From: Callorhinchus milii
Lineage: Eukaryota
Direction: 5' to 3'
Length of the DNA: 64,000 nt
Assembly: GCF_018977255.1 (NCBI RefSeq)
Contig: NW_024704743.1
Location: 70,620,001 to 70,684,000, forward strand
The position numbers were made by a program, and so were the translations under genes. This document shows, one piece after another, positions 47,913-59,992 of this stretch. Under the pieces are notes generated by a model. It made no database searches. It was not told the DNA's origin and worked only from the letters and a program-made list of their open reading frames with translations. Each line of letters starts with the position of its first letter. Position 1 is the stretch's first letter.

Positions 47913-50444
47913 ACACCTTTCACATATTGAGTCAGATGTAAAGATGGAAGAGTCGTGGGGGCAGAATTGATGGAGTTGACTTATTGTGGAGTAGAGAAGC
48001 TTGGAGGATTTCCTTGCCCTCCAGGAAAGTGCTGGAGTAGAAAGAATACAGAGAGAGAGATACTAATCGTTGCTTTGGTTGAGCCCTATTTGGTGATGGA
48101 CAGTTTCGTCCAGTTATATGTCTCATGCTTATAGTTGTCTGCTCCCTTGTTTCGGATCCTCCAAGCCAGTCAGAAAATATCTCCTGGGAAAAAGTTTGAA
48201 GAAAAGGGACAGAGGAGAGGCACAGCCTCAGAAAGGAAGGAGTGTGCCAAGTAACAGAGAGACTTGAGCAAAACGGGACAAAGGAAAAGGAGTGAGGCTG
48301 GGAGTGGTTATGGAGGGGGCTGGAAGGAGATTAATAATAGGTGTGGGTGATTCAGAAGATGAATGAGGGCAAGAATGAGCAAAGCTGACAAAAGGGGCAA
48401 AGCATGTAGTTTGCATGTAAGGGGGAAATTATCAAGTGGTAAAGGAAGATAGGTTTAGCAAGTGTAATAGAGAAGGGCAGCGGTGACCAAGGGGAGGTGA
48501 ATGTTCTCCTTCGCTAGTTCTGCCCCTATTCTCCTGATCCCATTCCCACTTGCTTTCATGCCTCCTGTACAGGGTTGTATTTTGTCACTGCTGAAGGGGG
48601 CAACACCACTAAAGAAGTGAGAACCCTTGTTCTGTTTGCTGTAAAAATCGAATGTGAAACTCACTTTGGTTGTCTCAAGCAAATTCCCAGGGGACATGAG
48701 CCAATAGTACAAAACTATCACAATTTAACACAATAGTGTCACATAGAGAGTAACACATTAATCTTACTCATTGAGTTCATAAGGATGACTGGTGTGGGAA
48801 AGTTTAATACAGTTTTTACATTGGTCCCCTTGGTCATTCCAGTTAGATAGCTTGAGTCAGTGCATGATTCTGAAAAGACGTCGGATGTGACCTGGTTGCT
48901 TCATAGATGTGACCAGTAAATGGCAATGTACAGTCTCTGAACTGCTTTGAAACATACAACCTATGAAATTGGTTTACAGCAAATCAAAGCTCAAATGTGT
49001 TCCACTTTGGTGTATAGAGCAGCAGGATAATGATAGAGGAACAAATGCATAAAATACAGGTAGGACACAAGGGAAGGAACAAGAACAATGTTAAAACAGG
49101 TAACATAGTTTAGACATACTGAAATATGGCAAATACTGAAGAGAAAATAAAGGAAATGGAAGAAAACGTTGGGAGATTTTTGTTAAACCTTTCAATTTTG
49201 ATTATTTTTTAAAAAAGGTATATACAAGGTTAATATGTGATATTCCTCAAAACAGTCTATTCTTTAAATACCTCAAAGGATAATTAAGGAGTGTTGCCCA
49301 TCCAGAGAACTTTTAAAAAATGTGAAAGTTTTAAAAATATATCATCCTTAAGCAATTTGGGCGTGATGTTAACATTGACTGTCCAAAATAGATCAAGAAA
49401 AAAAATGTTAATAAATGTACAAAATACTGTTAGCCACATCTGTTATTTGGGATCATGTCTCTACAAATCTCAGTGGTGAATATAACACACTGTCTTCCCA
49501 ACAGAACGCAGGTACAGTATTATTAGAGGCAGGTGGAAAGGCCATTTGGCACCTGGCCAGCTGAAGCAGCACCTGAGGAACTATCATCCCACAGTACCAG
49601 CTTTCATTGGTAGAATAATGTTGCTATGCACCATGTAAAGCTTCCCTGCATCTCACTGAACCTAGCCTCACTGAAGAGGAATCATTATCCTGATATGCAA
49701 GGCTGAGTCATTGTCATTCTTTGTCACCTGAGTCTAAAACGGTTCTGAACGACTGACAACTTTTACACTGGCTGAAACACCACTGGTTGTCACCTCTGCG
49801 ACAACTGCTTCGTTGCCTTCCTTTGAAATAAAAATGTGAATAATCACTTTAGTTTAAGTCTTTATGACAAATTCAAAAACAGTTGGTATATGCTGCAAGA
49901 AGAGCATGAATCGAAATAGCAGAAAAACAATTTGAGAACAAGCATATTAATGAGCTGCATACAGATGTTTCTTCGCATAGCACACCAGCATGCTGAATTG
50001 AATCAATTTGCACAAGAGAATGAAGGCTTAGAGTTTAACCCAATAAAGCATGAAATCTGAGGACAAAATTGTGGCCGTTTTAAATTTTCAATAGTAATGG
50101 CAGATTCATGAAAATTTTCGAATGTTATTAAAATTAGAAAACCTTTTGAGAATTTACAGAAAAAGAACTTCAAAATTAAGAATGAATTCAACAATTTGGC
50201 AAAGATTGCAACAACAACAACTTACATTTATATAGCATTCATCATGAGGAGTAGCAACTCAAAGTACTTAACAATGGCGGAGCCTGACATCAAGCTGGGG
50301 GGAAGTGATCCCAAGCACATAGTCAGTCGAGACTCAGATGAATGTTTTCTGGCCTGGAAGTTACTGACTCCCTTTCACATGATAAGCAGCGGGCTTGATG
50401 TGGTTTTGCAGAAATGGAAATTTCAATGCCACCTACTTCAATTA

Positions 50445-51052
50445 TACACATTGATTACATCGAGGCTTGACTATGCAAACTCCTTGCTTGTCAGCCTCCA
50501 CAACTTCTCCCTCTATAGGCTCCAGATTATCCAGAACTCTGCAGCCCATGTCCTCTCCTACACCAGGCTCCGTGACCCTATCTCCCCCATCCTTGCCCGA
50601 CTCCACTTGGCTTCCCATCACACAGAGGGTACAGTTCAAGATCCTGGTCTTCACCTTCAAAGCCCTCCGTGGCCTTGCTCCCCCCTACGTCTGTGACCCC
50701 CTAATCTCCTACCATCCTGTCCGCTCCCCTCGCTCAGCGGGCTCTGGCCTGCTTCACATCCCCTGCCTCGCCCATCCCACCATTGGCGTGGAGCCTGCTA
50801 CCACTCTGCCCCCACCCTCTGGAACTCCATCCCACAATCCCTCTGCCTTGCCCCCTCCCTTGCCTCCTTCAAAACCCAACTCAAGACCCTCCTCTTCGAC
50901 CATACTTTTGATCACCCTGCTTCCCTGCCTGCCCTCCACCCTACGCAAGCCCAACCCCAGCTCTGGTCCGAAACTCTGACTGGGATGTCCAGCCTTGGGA
51001 TGTCCTCCTGATGTGAAAGGCACTATACAAATGTAATTTTGTCATTGTTGTT
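50445..51052 (+). mobile_element. L2 3' end
   Basis: LITSRLDYANSLL...QIIQNSAAHVL...WLPITQRVQFKILVFTFKAL, plus tail. Confidence 0.93.
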
Positions 51053-51406
51053 CAATTGAAGACCAAATACAGAACATCAGTGGGTACAACAGCCCCCCCA
51101 CGCTCAAACAAATAATAATTGTACCAACAACAAGTTCAATTACTTCGCTGACCCCCAAAAAACAAAGTCACGTTAACCAGGCTTGTCTAGTATATTAACT
51201 AGGAAAATTAGTACCCATGCACTTAAAATATGCCACTGAAATTTTTATTTCTGCAAAATCAAACAAAGCTACTTGTTTATCATGGCATCTTTTGAAGAAA
51301 ACATCGAAGTTTCATTTAAAAAAAAGAGTTATACATTCCTTTTTAGATTTCTAATACTTTTTAGAACAAAAAATATGCAAATTGCACATAAATATTTTAT
51401 GGATTA

Positions 51407-52251
51407 CAGTAGAACCTCACTAATCCAGTCACTCAAGGGACTGGGCAAAAGTGACATACTTAGTGAAGTGACCTGATTACTGAAACAGGTCAGGTGATTC
51501 AGGTTATTGATGTAATGTTAAGGGCATTGGTAATGGGAGAGTGTGATGAATATTCAACAACCATACTTTGTAATCTCAATTAAAATTAAAATAAAGGCTT
51601 TGTCACATTTAAAACAAAAGCTGTCATGTAGTCAGCCTATCTTTTGAGAATGCAACCAACTTGTGTTCTGCCAATGCCATAGATCACAGCTAACTGTCTA
51701 TGACTTTTGCCCTCACTGTTTTGATTAAGTCCACTCTCTTATGTAAAGACAACTCCATCCGTAGTGGCATGTTTACAGCACTTGTCCACAGTCACTAAAT
51801 CAAAGCAAACAATGTAAACACAAACTATGTGCTTTGAATACAGCTCTTACCAAAAATTGGTCACAGGAGTTCAGGTCAGGCCGCGGGCGCCGGCCGAAGT
51901 CGATTATCTTCTCGCGCCGCGATCCCAACACTCCCCACATCGCGCAATCGTGACCAGAGCCCATTCCACCCACAGTAGTAGCGTTGTGGGAACAGAGCGA
52001 GAAGCCCGAGGCTTAACGCACTGTGTACAGTACAGGTTAATAGCAGAGGGTAGTGTTTGCACCGTGTTTGAAGCGGAGGAGGGCACTGTCGCAGCCACAA
52101 TCAATGACTGTTGTCCTGAATAGTGAGGTGCCCAGTTTAGTGAAGCAGTCAGATTATCTTTTAACATAGACAATGAAAGAGACTGTGAAAATGTGCTCGC
52201 AATTGTGAGGTGGCCGGATTACTAAATTGACCGGAAACTGAATTTCTACAG
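51407..52251 (-). mobile_element. Non-autonomous pogo/Tigger-like DNA transposon
   Basis: TA|CAGTAGAACCTCACTAATCCAGTCAC ... CTGAATTTCTACAG|TA; subterminal GTGA(A/G)GTG(A/G)CC..ATTACT repeats; internal transposase remnant. Confidence 0.8.
51607..51770 (-). pseudogene. Tigger/pogo transposase N-terminal CENP-B-type HTH remnant
   Basis: MPLRMELSLHKRVDLIK / (frameshift) SEGKSHRQLAVIYGIGRTQVGCILKR*ADYMTAF. Confidence 0.8.
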
Positions 52252-52397
52252 TATTTTAAAAATTTCAACTCTATTGATGAACAAAAAATGTGGAATTGTG
52301 GAATGAAAATTAATAAGAGTAATGTCAGTGGTTATGGGGACCAATTGCATGTCACTAGATACAAGCAAGTGTTAGCTCAGAAATGTGGAACTCACTC

Positions 52398-53190
52398 CTA
52401 GAAGTTGCGGTATGACCAACTAGCAACTATCATCCTTGGTGGGGGAGGGAACTGGATCTCCTTGGTGCTGATTTGACTCCAAATTGACATGTTTGGCAAA
52501 GGAATGTCAGAATCGAGCCAACCTTCTGAGGTGGTCTCGGTAGTCCAATTCCTGAGCCAGGCGGGTCCGCAGTAGTCCAGGGCACTGCTGATGGCACAGC
52601 TAGCCTGCCTCATCAGTTGGACTTGGAAGGGCAGACCAGTCACCGGAGGCAGAGAATCCTCCCATTCAGCTCCCATTTACCCAGCAAGCCCTAATGGGCA
52701 GGGTGTTCCTAACTGGACAAGCTGCAGGAAACGTTGCCAGACAATGCTATCAATGGAAAGCTATGTGGTTTAGCTGGTTAGACTCCAGGGGTACGCCAAC
52801 ACACACTTTGAGGTCCCGAAGCTTTGGCGTTTGCTAATCTGCATCTAATACTTTCTGGAATTAGGTACATTCTATTCTAACACGCGATCTCTGGGATTTC
52901 CATGTGGAGGTGGGATGCATGGAATTCTCAATTTGGTTTGGATACTCTTAAGCATGGTGATAGGTTTCTGCATGTGTCAGACACCCGACTGACAAAACAA
53001 AATTGTGGTTCAAACAAAAAGGATCAACATATTTAAGAGGACACATACATGATGCATACATTATTTTTGGTCAGCTGAGTTTCTGACACAAGCGGAGACC
53101 CATCACTATGCTTAAGAGTATCCAAATTAAACAGAGATGTTCTTATGCATGGCGATGGGTTTCCACATGGGTCAGACACTAAACAAAATA
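52398..53190. repeat. Unclassified composite repeat: C(+), B(-), A(+), A(-), A(+)
   Basis: Inverted arms about 52937-52997 and 53065-53127; third A copy at 53141-53190; modules recur at 5727, 10075 and 17641. Confidence 0.8.
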
Positions 53191-53199
53191 TGTGAGAGA

Positions 53200-53320
53200 G
53201 AAGAGAATAGCAGGGTGTAGGAGAGGGGAATAGGAGGGGTGGAAGTTTGTGTGGAGTGTAAACACTGACATGGACAGCTGGGCCAAATGGCTCATTTGCA
53301 TGCTATAAATTCCATTCTTT
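53200..53320 (+). mobile_element. CR1-type 3' tail
   Basis: GTGTGGAGTGTAAACACTGACATGGACAGCTGGGCCAAATGG. Confidence 0.7.
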
Positions 53321-53710
53321 ATTTAATTCTGTGAAGGAATTCTGTTATAGGAGTACAGTACTCTGCTCTCGTCAGCAGGTAGAATATCTCTACAGAAGAT
53401 TGTCTTTACTGAACTGTCGGGTTCAAGTCAATAATGTCAGTAATCCACCCCATGTTTTTCTAAATGAAGTACAATACAGTACTGTTGGAATTCTTTTCTA
53501 GGTTAATGTTTTGGCATGACCCTTGATCTGAACCATGCTATTACAGTAACTCAACGGCCATCTGGGGCCCAAATTTCCTCATGTTCTTAAACGTTTTGGC
53601 AGCATCCAAAAAGAAAGGTGAAAAATCAGCTTCCATATTATGTTTGAATTTAAGGCCAATTTAAGAATTGTTTTCCAAAATGCGGTGACTTCAATAGGAT
53701 TCAACAACAT

Positions 53711-54118
53711 TCACTCCTTTGAGTCAGAAGGTTGTCGGTTCAACACCCACGCCAGGGTTTGGAACTCATATAGTCTAAGCTGACACTTCACTGCGGGGCT
53801 GGGGCTGTGCTGCATTGCTCAGCTATCGTTATTCAGATGAGACATTAATCCTTTGTGCTTGTTCAAGTGGATGTTAAAGGTCCTTTGGAACGATTTGAAA
53901 AGGAAGTTTCTAATGGTATCTTGGCCAACAAATCCCTCAAATAAAATTGGTCACTCACTTCATGGCTGTTTGTGGGACACAACTGTGCCCAAGTTGACTG
54001 CCACATTCGCTATAAATACATAGTCACTACACTTTACAATAAAAATCTTCTGAAACACTTTGAGATGTCCTCCCAACATGAAAGGGCTATACCAAATGGA
54101 AGGATTATTATTTTTATT
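53711..54118 (+). mobile_element. Deu-SINE, near full length
   Basis: TGAGTCAGAAGGTTGTCGGTTCAAC head, core and tail. Confidence 0.88.
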
Positions 54119-54127
54119 CTTATTAAC

Positions 54128-54554
54128 AATTATCTTTGCGTTTGATAAAGCGATTTATCACACCACTGAGACGTCTCAAAGCGATTCACAGGATATACTG
54201 TAAACTGGATTGGCTGTGAATTTTGTGGGTGAAACACAGCACCTAGTTTGCACATAGCAATATCCCACGAACAGCCATGGAGTGAGTGACCAATTTTATC
54301 TGGGGGATTGTTGCCAAGGGAAAAGCTCCCTTCTCTTTTTGAACCGTGACATGGGATCTTTAATGTCCACCTGAACAGGCAGACCAAACCTTAGTGTAAC
54401 GTCTCATTCGAAGCACAGCACCTATGACAATGCAACTCCTCCCCAGCACTGCTTAGGTGTCAGCTTAGATACCTTGATTCCAAGTCCTAATGTGGGGCTT
54501 GAAACCACAGCCTTCTGACTCAGAGGTGAGAATGCTACCACTGAACCAGGCTGA
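54128..54554 (-). mobile_element. Deu-SINE, full length
   Basis: Reverse head CTTCTGACTCAGAGGTGAGAATGCTACCACTGAACCAGGCTG; core ATGGGATCTTTAATGTCCACCTGAACAGGCAGAC. Confidence 0.9.
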
Positions 54555-55367
54555 ATTATTATTATTATTTTTCTTTAATTAAATATTCCAAGTGGGATCC
54601 CATTTATACAAAGCACTTCAAGATTTCATCGTGTGAAGGGCACTATACAACTGCAGGTTGCTGTACTGTTATCGATAAACTAGCACACTAGCGATTTGCA
54701 AATGTCATTATGGAGAGCCTGAGTTCCTGTTATCTTTGATCTGATGATCGTGTGATAAGTAGAATTCAAAACGGAAATCAAAATCATATCTTGCAGATTC
54801 ACAAGGCAGTATGAAAGGAAGCTTGAACTGACCGGAGCATGAATCCACAGCTCAAAGCTGAATCCACATCTCAAGACGAGTTCACAACTCAAATCTCCCA
54901 TCCAATGTCTCACAATTGACCTTCTTGTTCTGGCAGCAGGTGGGGAAAAGTAAGGCCTGTGCAGCATAGGACACTCTAAATTAGGTACTTTATCAAGGTC
55001 AGTAAGTGTTTACATCTTGTGTTTACAAGTGGAATGACATCTGACCATTGTCTTACTGATTTGAGTAACTGTTTTGCCCCTTTCAGTCACCAGACAGCAA
55101 CCAAAGGATATATGTCATGTATTATGCATGGATATGATCATATGCAGCATATGGTCATTCATAAGATATGCATAAATGTAATTACTGGACAGAATAATCC
55201 AAGTATAGTGTAATAGATTTCATTAACAATTTATTATGCATTCTATTCAGGCATATTATTATGAATAATCATAAGACAAAAATATAATTGCTACCAGATG
55301 AGCAGTGGTACTACTTGCTGTTTAATTTAAATGACCCTGTTACTTATATACTCTAGTGTAGAAAGTA

Positions 55368-55846
55368 GGTGTCATCCTGGCTCAGTTCATAGCACACTTT
55401 CCTCTGGGTCAAAAGATTATGGATTTCAGCCCCACATTAAGGATTTGGTGGTCCAGTGCAAGTGCCCTTCATTGTTAGAGGTGTCCTTCATTGTCAGAGG
55501 CGCTGTCCTTCAGATGAGACGTTAGAAACCTAGATCACATCTGCCTATTCAGGTTAAGGGTCCTGCATCACTATTCAAAAAGAGGAGGGTATTTATTTCT
55601 AGTGTCCTGGCAACAATTCCTCTAGATAAAGTTAGTCATTCGCTCTATACCCATTTGAGGGACATTTCTAAGCACAAGTTGTCGCATTTGTCTACAAATA
55701 CATATACACTGTAAAGGATTGTTGGCCAGGACACCAGATAAACTCCCTCCCCTTTGTACATAGTGTAATGGAATAATTTTTACCCCCACCTGAGGAAAAA
55801 AGAACCTTAGTTTAACATCTAATCTTAAATACTGCATCTTCACAAC
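55368..55846. mobile_element. Deu-SINE (+, 55368-55712) abutting an inverted Deu core (-, 55714-55846)
   Basis: Head CCTGGCTCAGT...GTGTCCTGGCAAC, then TTGGCCAGGACACCAG...AGTTTAACATCT. Confidence 0.8.
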
Positions 55847-55934
55847 TGAGTGCTGTCTAGTTACAAGATCATAAGATTGCCAACTCCTTCCTTATTATTC
55901 AAATGCCCTCCTCAGCACCACAATTCATCAAATA

Positions 55935-56350
55935 TAATTAATTCAAAATTCTGCCACCCATATCCTGACTTGTATTAAACTTTGCATCCCCACCACCTCA
56001 GTCCTTGCCAAGCTCCACTGGCTCCCTATTGCAGAATGGATTGATTTCAAGATCCTCACACCTAAATACAAATCATGCCCTGGCACCTCCCGACTAGTCC
56101 AACCTGCTTATACTCTGCTCCATCCACCCCCTTCGCTCAGCTGGCTCTGGCCTCCTTTACATCTCTCCTTGCCTCGACTCTACCGTCGGGGTTCATGCCA
56201 AACGATTCTGAAACTCTCTGCCTCAATCCCTCTGCCTTGCCCCCTGTTTCAAATCACACTTGAAGACTTTCCTTTACAACCATGTCTATGGCCACCTCCC
56301 CTCTCTCCCTGCATCAGCATCAAGTCCTGCCACTGTTAAGTGCTCCGAGA
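55935..56350 (+). mobile_element. Old L2 3' end
   Basis: CTCCACTGGCTCCC...GATTTCAAGATCCTC (LHWLP...DFKIL) and CTTGAAGACTTTCC. Confidence 0.82.
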
Positions 56351-56384
56351 TGTTAAACGTCAAACATTTAAAGATATAATACAT

Positions 56385-57297
56385 AATTCCCAGCGATCAC
56401 ATATTCCCTTGAAAAATAAAAATACTGCAGGAAAAGTGGTTCAACCTTGACTATCTAGAGAAGTTAGGGAAAGTATAAAATGAAAAGAAGAGGCCTATAA
56501 TATTGCCAAAAAGAGCAGTAAACCTGCGGATTGGGAGGGCTTTGGAGATCAGCAAAGGAAAACCAAGCAACTGATTAAGAAGGAGAAAATGGAATATGAG
56601 GGTAAACTAGCTAGGAACATAAAGACAGATTGTAAGAGATTTTACAAGTGCATAAAGAGAAAGAGACTATCAAAAGTGAACGTGGGTCCATTGCAGGCAG
56701 AGACAGGAGAAATTATAACGGGGAATAAAGAAATGGCAGAGTCATTAAACAAATATTTTGCTTTTGTCTTTACGTTAGAGGACACTGAAAACTTACCGAA
56801 AATAGAGGCGGTACAACGTAGATTCACTAGGTTGGTTCCTGGAATGAGAGGGTTGACCTATGAGGATAGGTTGAGTAAACTAGGCCTATATTCTCTAGAA
56901 TATAGAAGAATTAGAGGTGATTTTATAGAAACCTATAATGTTTTTAAGGGTCTTGGCAGGGTAGATGCCATGAGACAGTTTCCCCTGGTTGAAGAATCTA
57001 AAACTAGGGTCATAGTCTCAAGATTAAGGGTCAGCCTTTTCAAACTAAGTTGAGGAAACATTTCTTCACTCAGAGGGTAGTGAATTTGTGGAATTCTCTA
57101 CTGTGGAAGGTTGTGGATGCTCAGTCATTGAAAATATTCATGACTGAGGTTGATAGCTTTCTAAAGGATAGAGGGATTAAAGGGTATGGGGATAGGGCGG
57201 GTAAATGGAATTAGGTTAGAAGATCAGCCATGACCTTATTAAATGGCAGGGCAAGCTCGAGGGGCCGAATGGCCTACTCTTGCTCCTATGTCTTATG
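56385..57297 (+). mobile_element. CR1 with in-frame internal deletion of the RT domain
   Basis: ORF 56589-57053 runs the pre-RT linker (NIKTDCKRFYK...LNKYFAFVFTLED) directly into post-RT IEAVQRRFTRLVPG; complete 3' UTR. Confidence 0.92.
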
Positions 57298-57611
57298 TAA
57301 TAATAATAATCCTTGAAATTGATGCAACGCTTTTCGCGTCTTTGAGACGTCTCAAAGCACTTCACAAAATATATTCTGTAAAGTGAATTGACTGTATATT
57401 TGTGGGCAAAACGCAGCAGCCAATTGCGCACAGCAGTGTTTCATAAACAGTCATGGATTGAGTGACCAAATTATTATTGTTTTTTTTCTTGAGGGATTAT
57501 TATCAGGGGTGTGGAGTAAGGAAACTTGCCCAAGGTTTTGCCCTGTCGGGAATTGAACCCAGGTCTCTTGCTTGTGAGGCGAGTGCTCCAGCCACTGAGC
57601 TACAGGACTCC
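57298..57611 (-). mobile_element. Young tRNA-SINE, short variant
   Basis: Ends GAGCTACAGGACTCC; lacks the internal block. Confidence 0.93.
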
Positions 57612-58707
57612 TCTGTATGTAACAATATAAATGCAAGTTGTTGTTGATGTTGTTGTGATGAAGTTCGCTTGGCACATCTAATCCCATCCATTCAGAATGC
57701 CCAACACACCCTCCTCCCATCACAGCATCGATCTGTGTTTTTCAAGAGTCCTGGCCTGAATCACCCTTCCTGCAGTGCTTGAGTACTAACCTATTCTGCA
57801 AACTCAATTCCTAACACGTAGATTGACCCAGAGGTAAGAATACTGCCAACTGAGCCAAGGTAACACCACAAGAGCTGAGTACATAAAGTGAAAAAGTTCC
57901 AGAAGTGAACTGAATCTTTTTTTATTACAAAACTTCAGTGCCTAATTGAACACAGACAGAGGTGAACAAATCCATTGCATTGCTGAGTGGTGGCATACGG
58001 ATTACCATCTGTGATTCCCTGCACAGTAAATGAATCTCAACGCAAAACATCTGGGAAACAAACCAAGAGGAGGCAGGAATGTCTTCTCCCTGGAGAAATC
58101 TGTATTTAATATAATTGAGTAAAATCTCTGTAAAAATGGCTTGAAGCAGTATCTGTGCCTCTTTGTGGTATTTAGCTGCTGTCTTTGGTGACCACACAAG
58201 CCATACAAATGCAGGGGCTCTGACAATGAGGAAGAGAGTGCTTCTTTACCAATCCTATGGGCTTTCCCTTCCATCCTCTCTCCTGTATGTGCCCAGCTTT
58301 CAAGTATATTTTGGTGTCATGTGTTGATACATGTGCACCTTGCATCAAACCCTGGTACAGAAGCAAAATAATGGTGTCAGATTGTCAGACTGCTTCATTC
58401 ACCCTTTTGCGACTCTCTGGTCACTGCTACTTTTAATTTGCTGCTGTCCTGAATCCAGACCGTTCTTTTATAAATTAAACCAAATGATGCAACATCAGCT
58501 GTTTTTATTGGAAATCTGTTCCAGATTCACAAAATCACGAGGTAATGCTCCATGGGCAGGGGGAGGAATAATTGTTCTAATGTTTAGTCTCACTTGAGAA
58601 GTTTTATTTTAAAACTACGCTCACGAGTCCTACTCTCAGGCTCTCTGGGTCCTAGTAAAATAGTCTGCTTATGGCTATCCAATCAATTGGGTAAAGTTCA
58701 AAACTAT

Positions 58708-58902
58708 CGGAGGTTTCCTGGCCAAAAATCTCTCCCACAAAATTGATCACTCACTCCAAGGCTGTGTGTGGGGCAGCCATATTAGCTGTCAGGTTCACTT
58801 ACAAAGTACACACAGTCAGTATATTCTGTGAAGTGCTTTGAGACATCCCGCTGATGTGATAAAGCACCATATCAAATGCAAAGATTATCATTATATTATT
58901 AT
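58708..58902 (+). mobile_element. Deu-SINE 3' half
   Basis: TCCTGGCCAA...CTGTGAAGTGCTTTGAGACATC...tail. Confidence 0.8.
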
Positions 58903-58944
58903 AACTAATCGTCACTAGGTGGCTGCACCCATATCCAAGAAGTG

Positions 58945-59130
58945 ATTCAACAACAATGTCTCAGAGTGCTTAACAATGTCGGAGCCTGATGCTGAGCCAG
59001 GAGGAGGAGGAAGGTGTCTATAGGCATGATTGAAGAGTGAGGTGTTCAGGCCCAAACTGAAAATGGGGAAGGAGGGGGCAAGCCAAAGGGATTGAGGGAG
59101 TAGTGGCTGAAGGCACAGCCTCCGGTGGTG
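58945..59130 (-). mobile_element. Old L2 3' fragment
   Basis: GGCATGATTGAAGAG...GGCTGAAGGCACAGCCTCCGGTGGTGG. Confidence 0.7.
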
Positions 59131-59575
59131 GATTCTTCCTTTTTAGACACAGGAATCCACCATCTTGTTATTTTTATTTGAAGCAAGCTGTTCTTTCATA
59201 AATTGTAGGCCATTTTAAAAAGGGGTGAAATGTATTTTTTTTCCAAGGGAAAACGTAACATTTTAGCGATTGGCCTGGAGGCTGTAACCTGCTCAATTGC
59301 TAAAACATTTGTTTTTAGCCAAGAAATTTTTGATACTTGCCAAGGAGTGAAGATTTTCAGCAGATCAACCCTGGGACATAAATATTTTCAGAACTTTTTC
59401 TCAGAAGCTCAAATGAATGTACCACAGTCCATGGGATGGTAGATTGGACATGGACTATGGAAGAAATGAACGTGAAGGGTGAAATGACACTTTCCTGAAC
59501 CCTCTTTCATGCACTGTAGTGGTTGTTGTAGTTCTGTGCACTGGTTCCTTTTACATTGGTAGTGCAGCTTACTGT

Positions 59576-59948
59576 GGAGTCCTGTAGCTCAGTGGTTAGA
59601 GCACTCGCCTCACAAGTGGGAGACCTGGGTTCGATTCCTGGCAGGGTGTTGGGCAAATTTCCTTACTCCACATGCTCTGTTTACCTACCAGTTAGTAGGA
59701 ACCTGGTTGTTAGTCGATTGGCGGATTGCTTTTCTGGGGCTAATAATTCCTTCAAAGAAAATAATAATAATAAATTGTTCACTTCAATCCACGACTGTTT
59801 GTGGACACACCTGTGTGCAATTGGCAGCCACGTTTCGTCCACAAAATATACACAGTCGATTCACTTTACAGTATATTCTGTGAAGTGCTTTGAGACATCT
59901 TGAAGATGTGATAAGGCGTTATATCAAATGCAAGGATTATTATTATTA
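59576..59948 (+). mobile_element. Young tRNA-SINE, long variant, full length
   Basis: A box TAGCTCAGTGG, B box GGTTCGATTCC, internal block 59676-59740, tail. Confidence 0.95.
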
Positions 59949-59992
59949 CAGTGACAAGGATTTAAAAAAGAAAGAAGGTGCATTTTGATAGC

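Noticed and set aside
47930..48640. Purine-rich/pyrimidine-rich block (and 40480-40780) as Penelope remnants
   Set aside because: The composition is suggestive, but there is no clear coding or terminal motif; left unannotated.
50196..50979. 166-aa and 170-aa ORFs as host genes
   Set aside because: They are frameshifted L2 ORF2 pieces plus flanking sequence.
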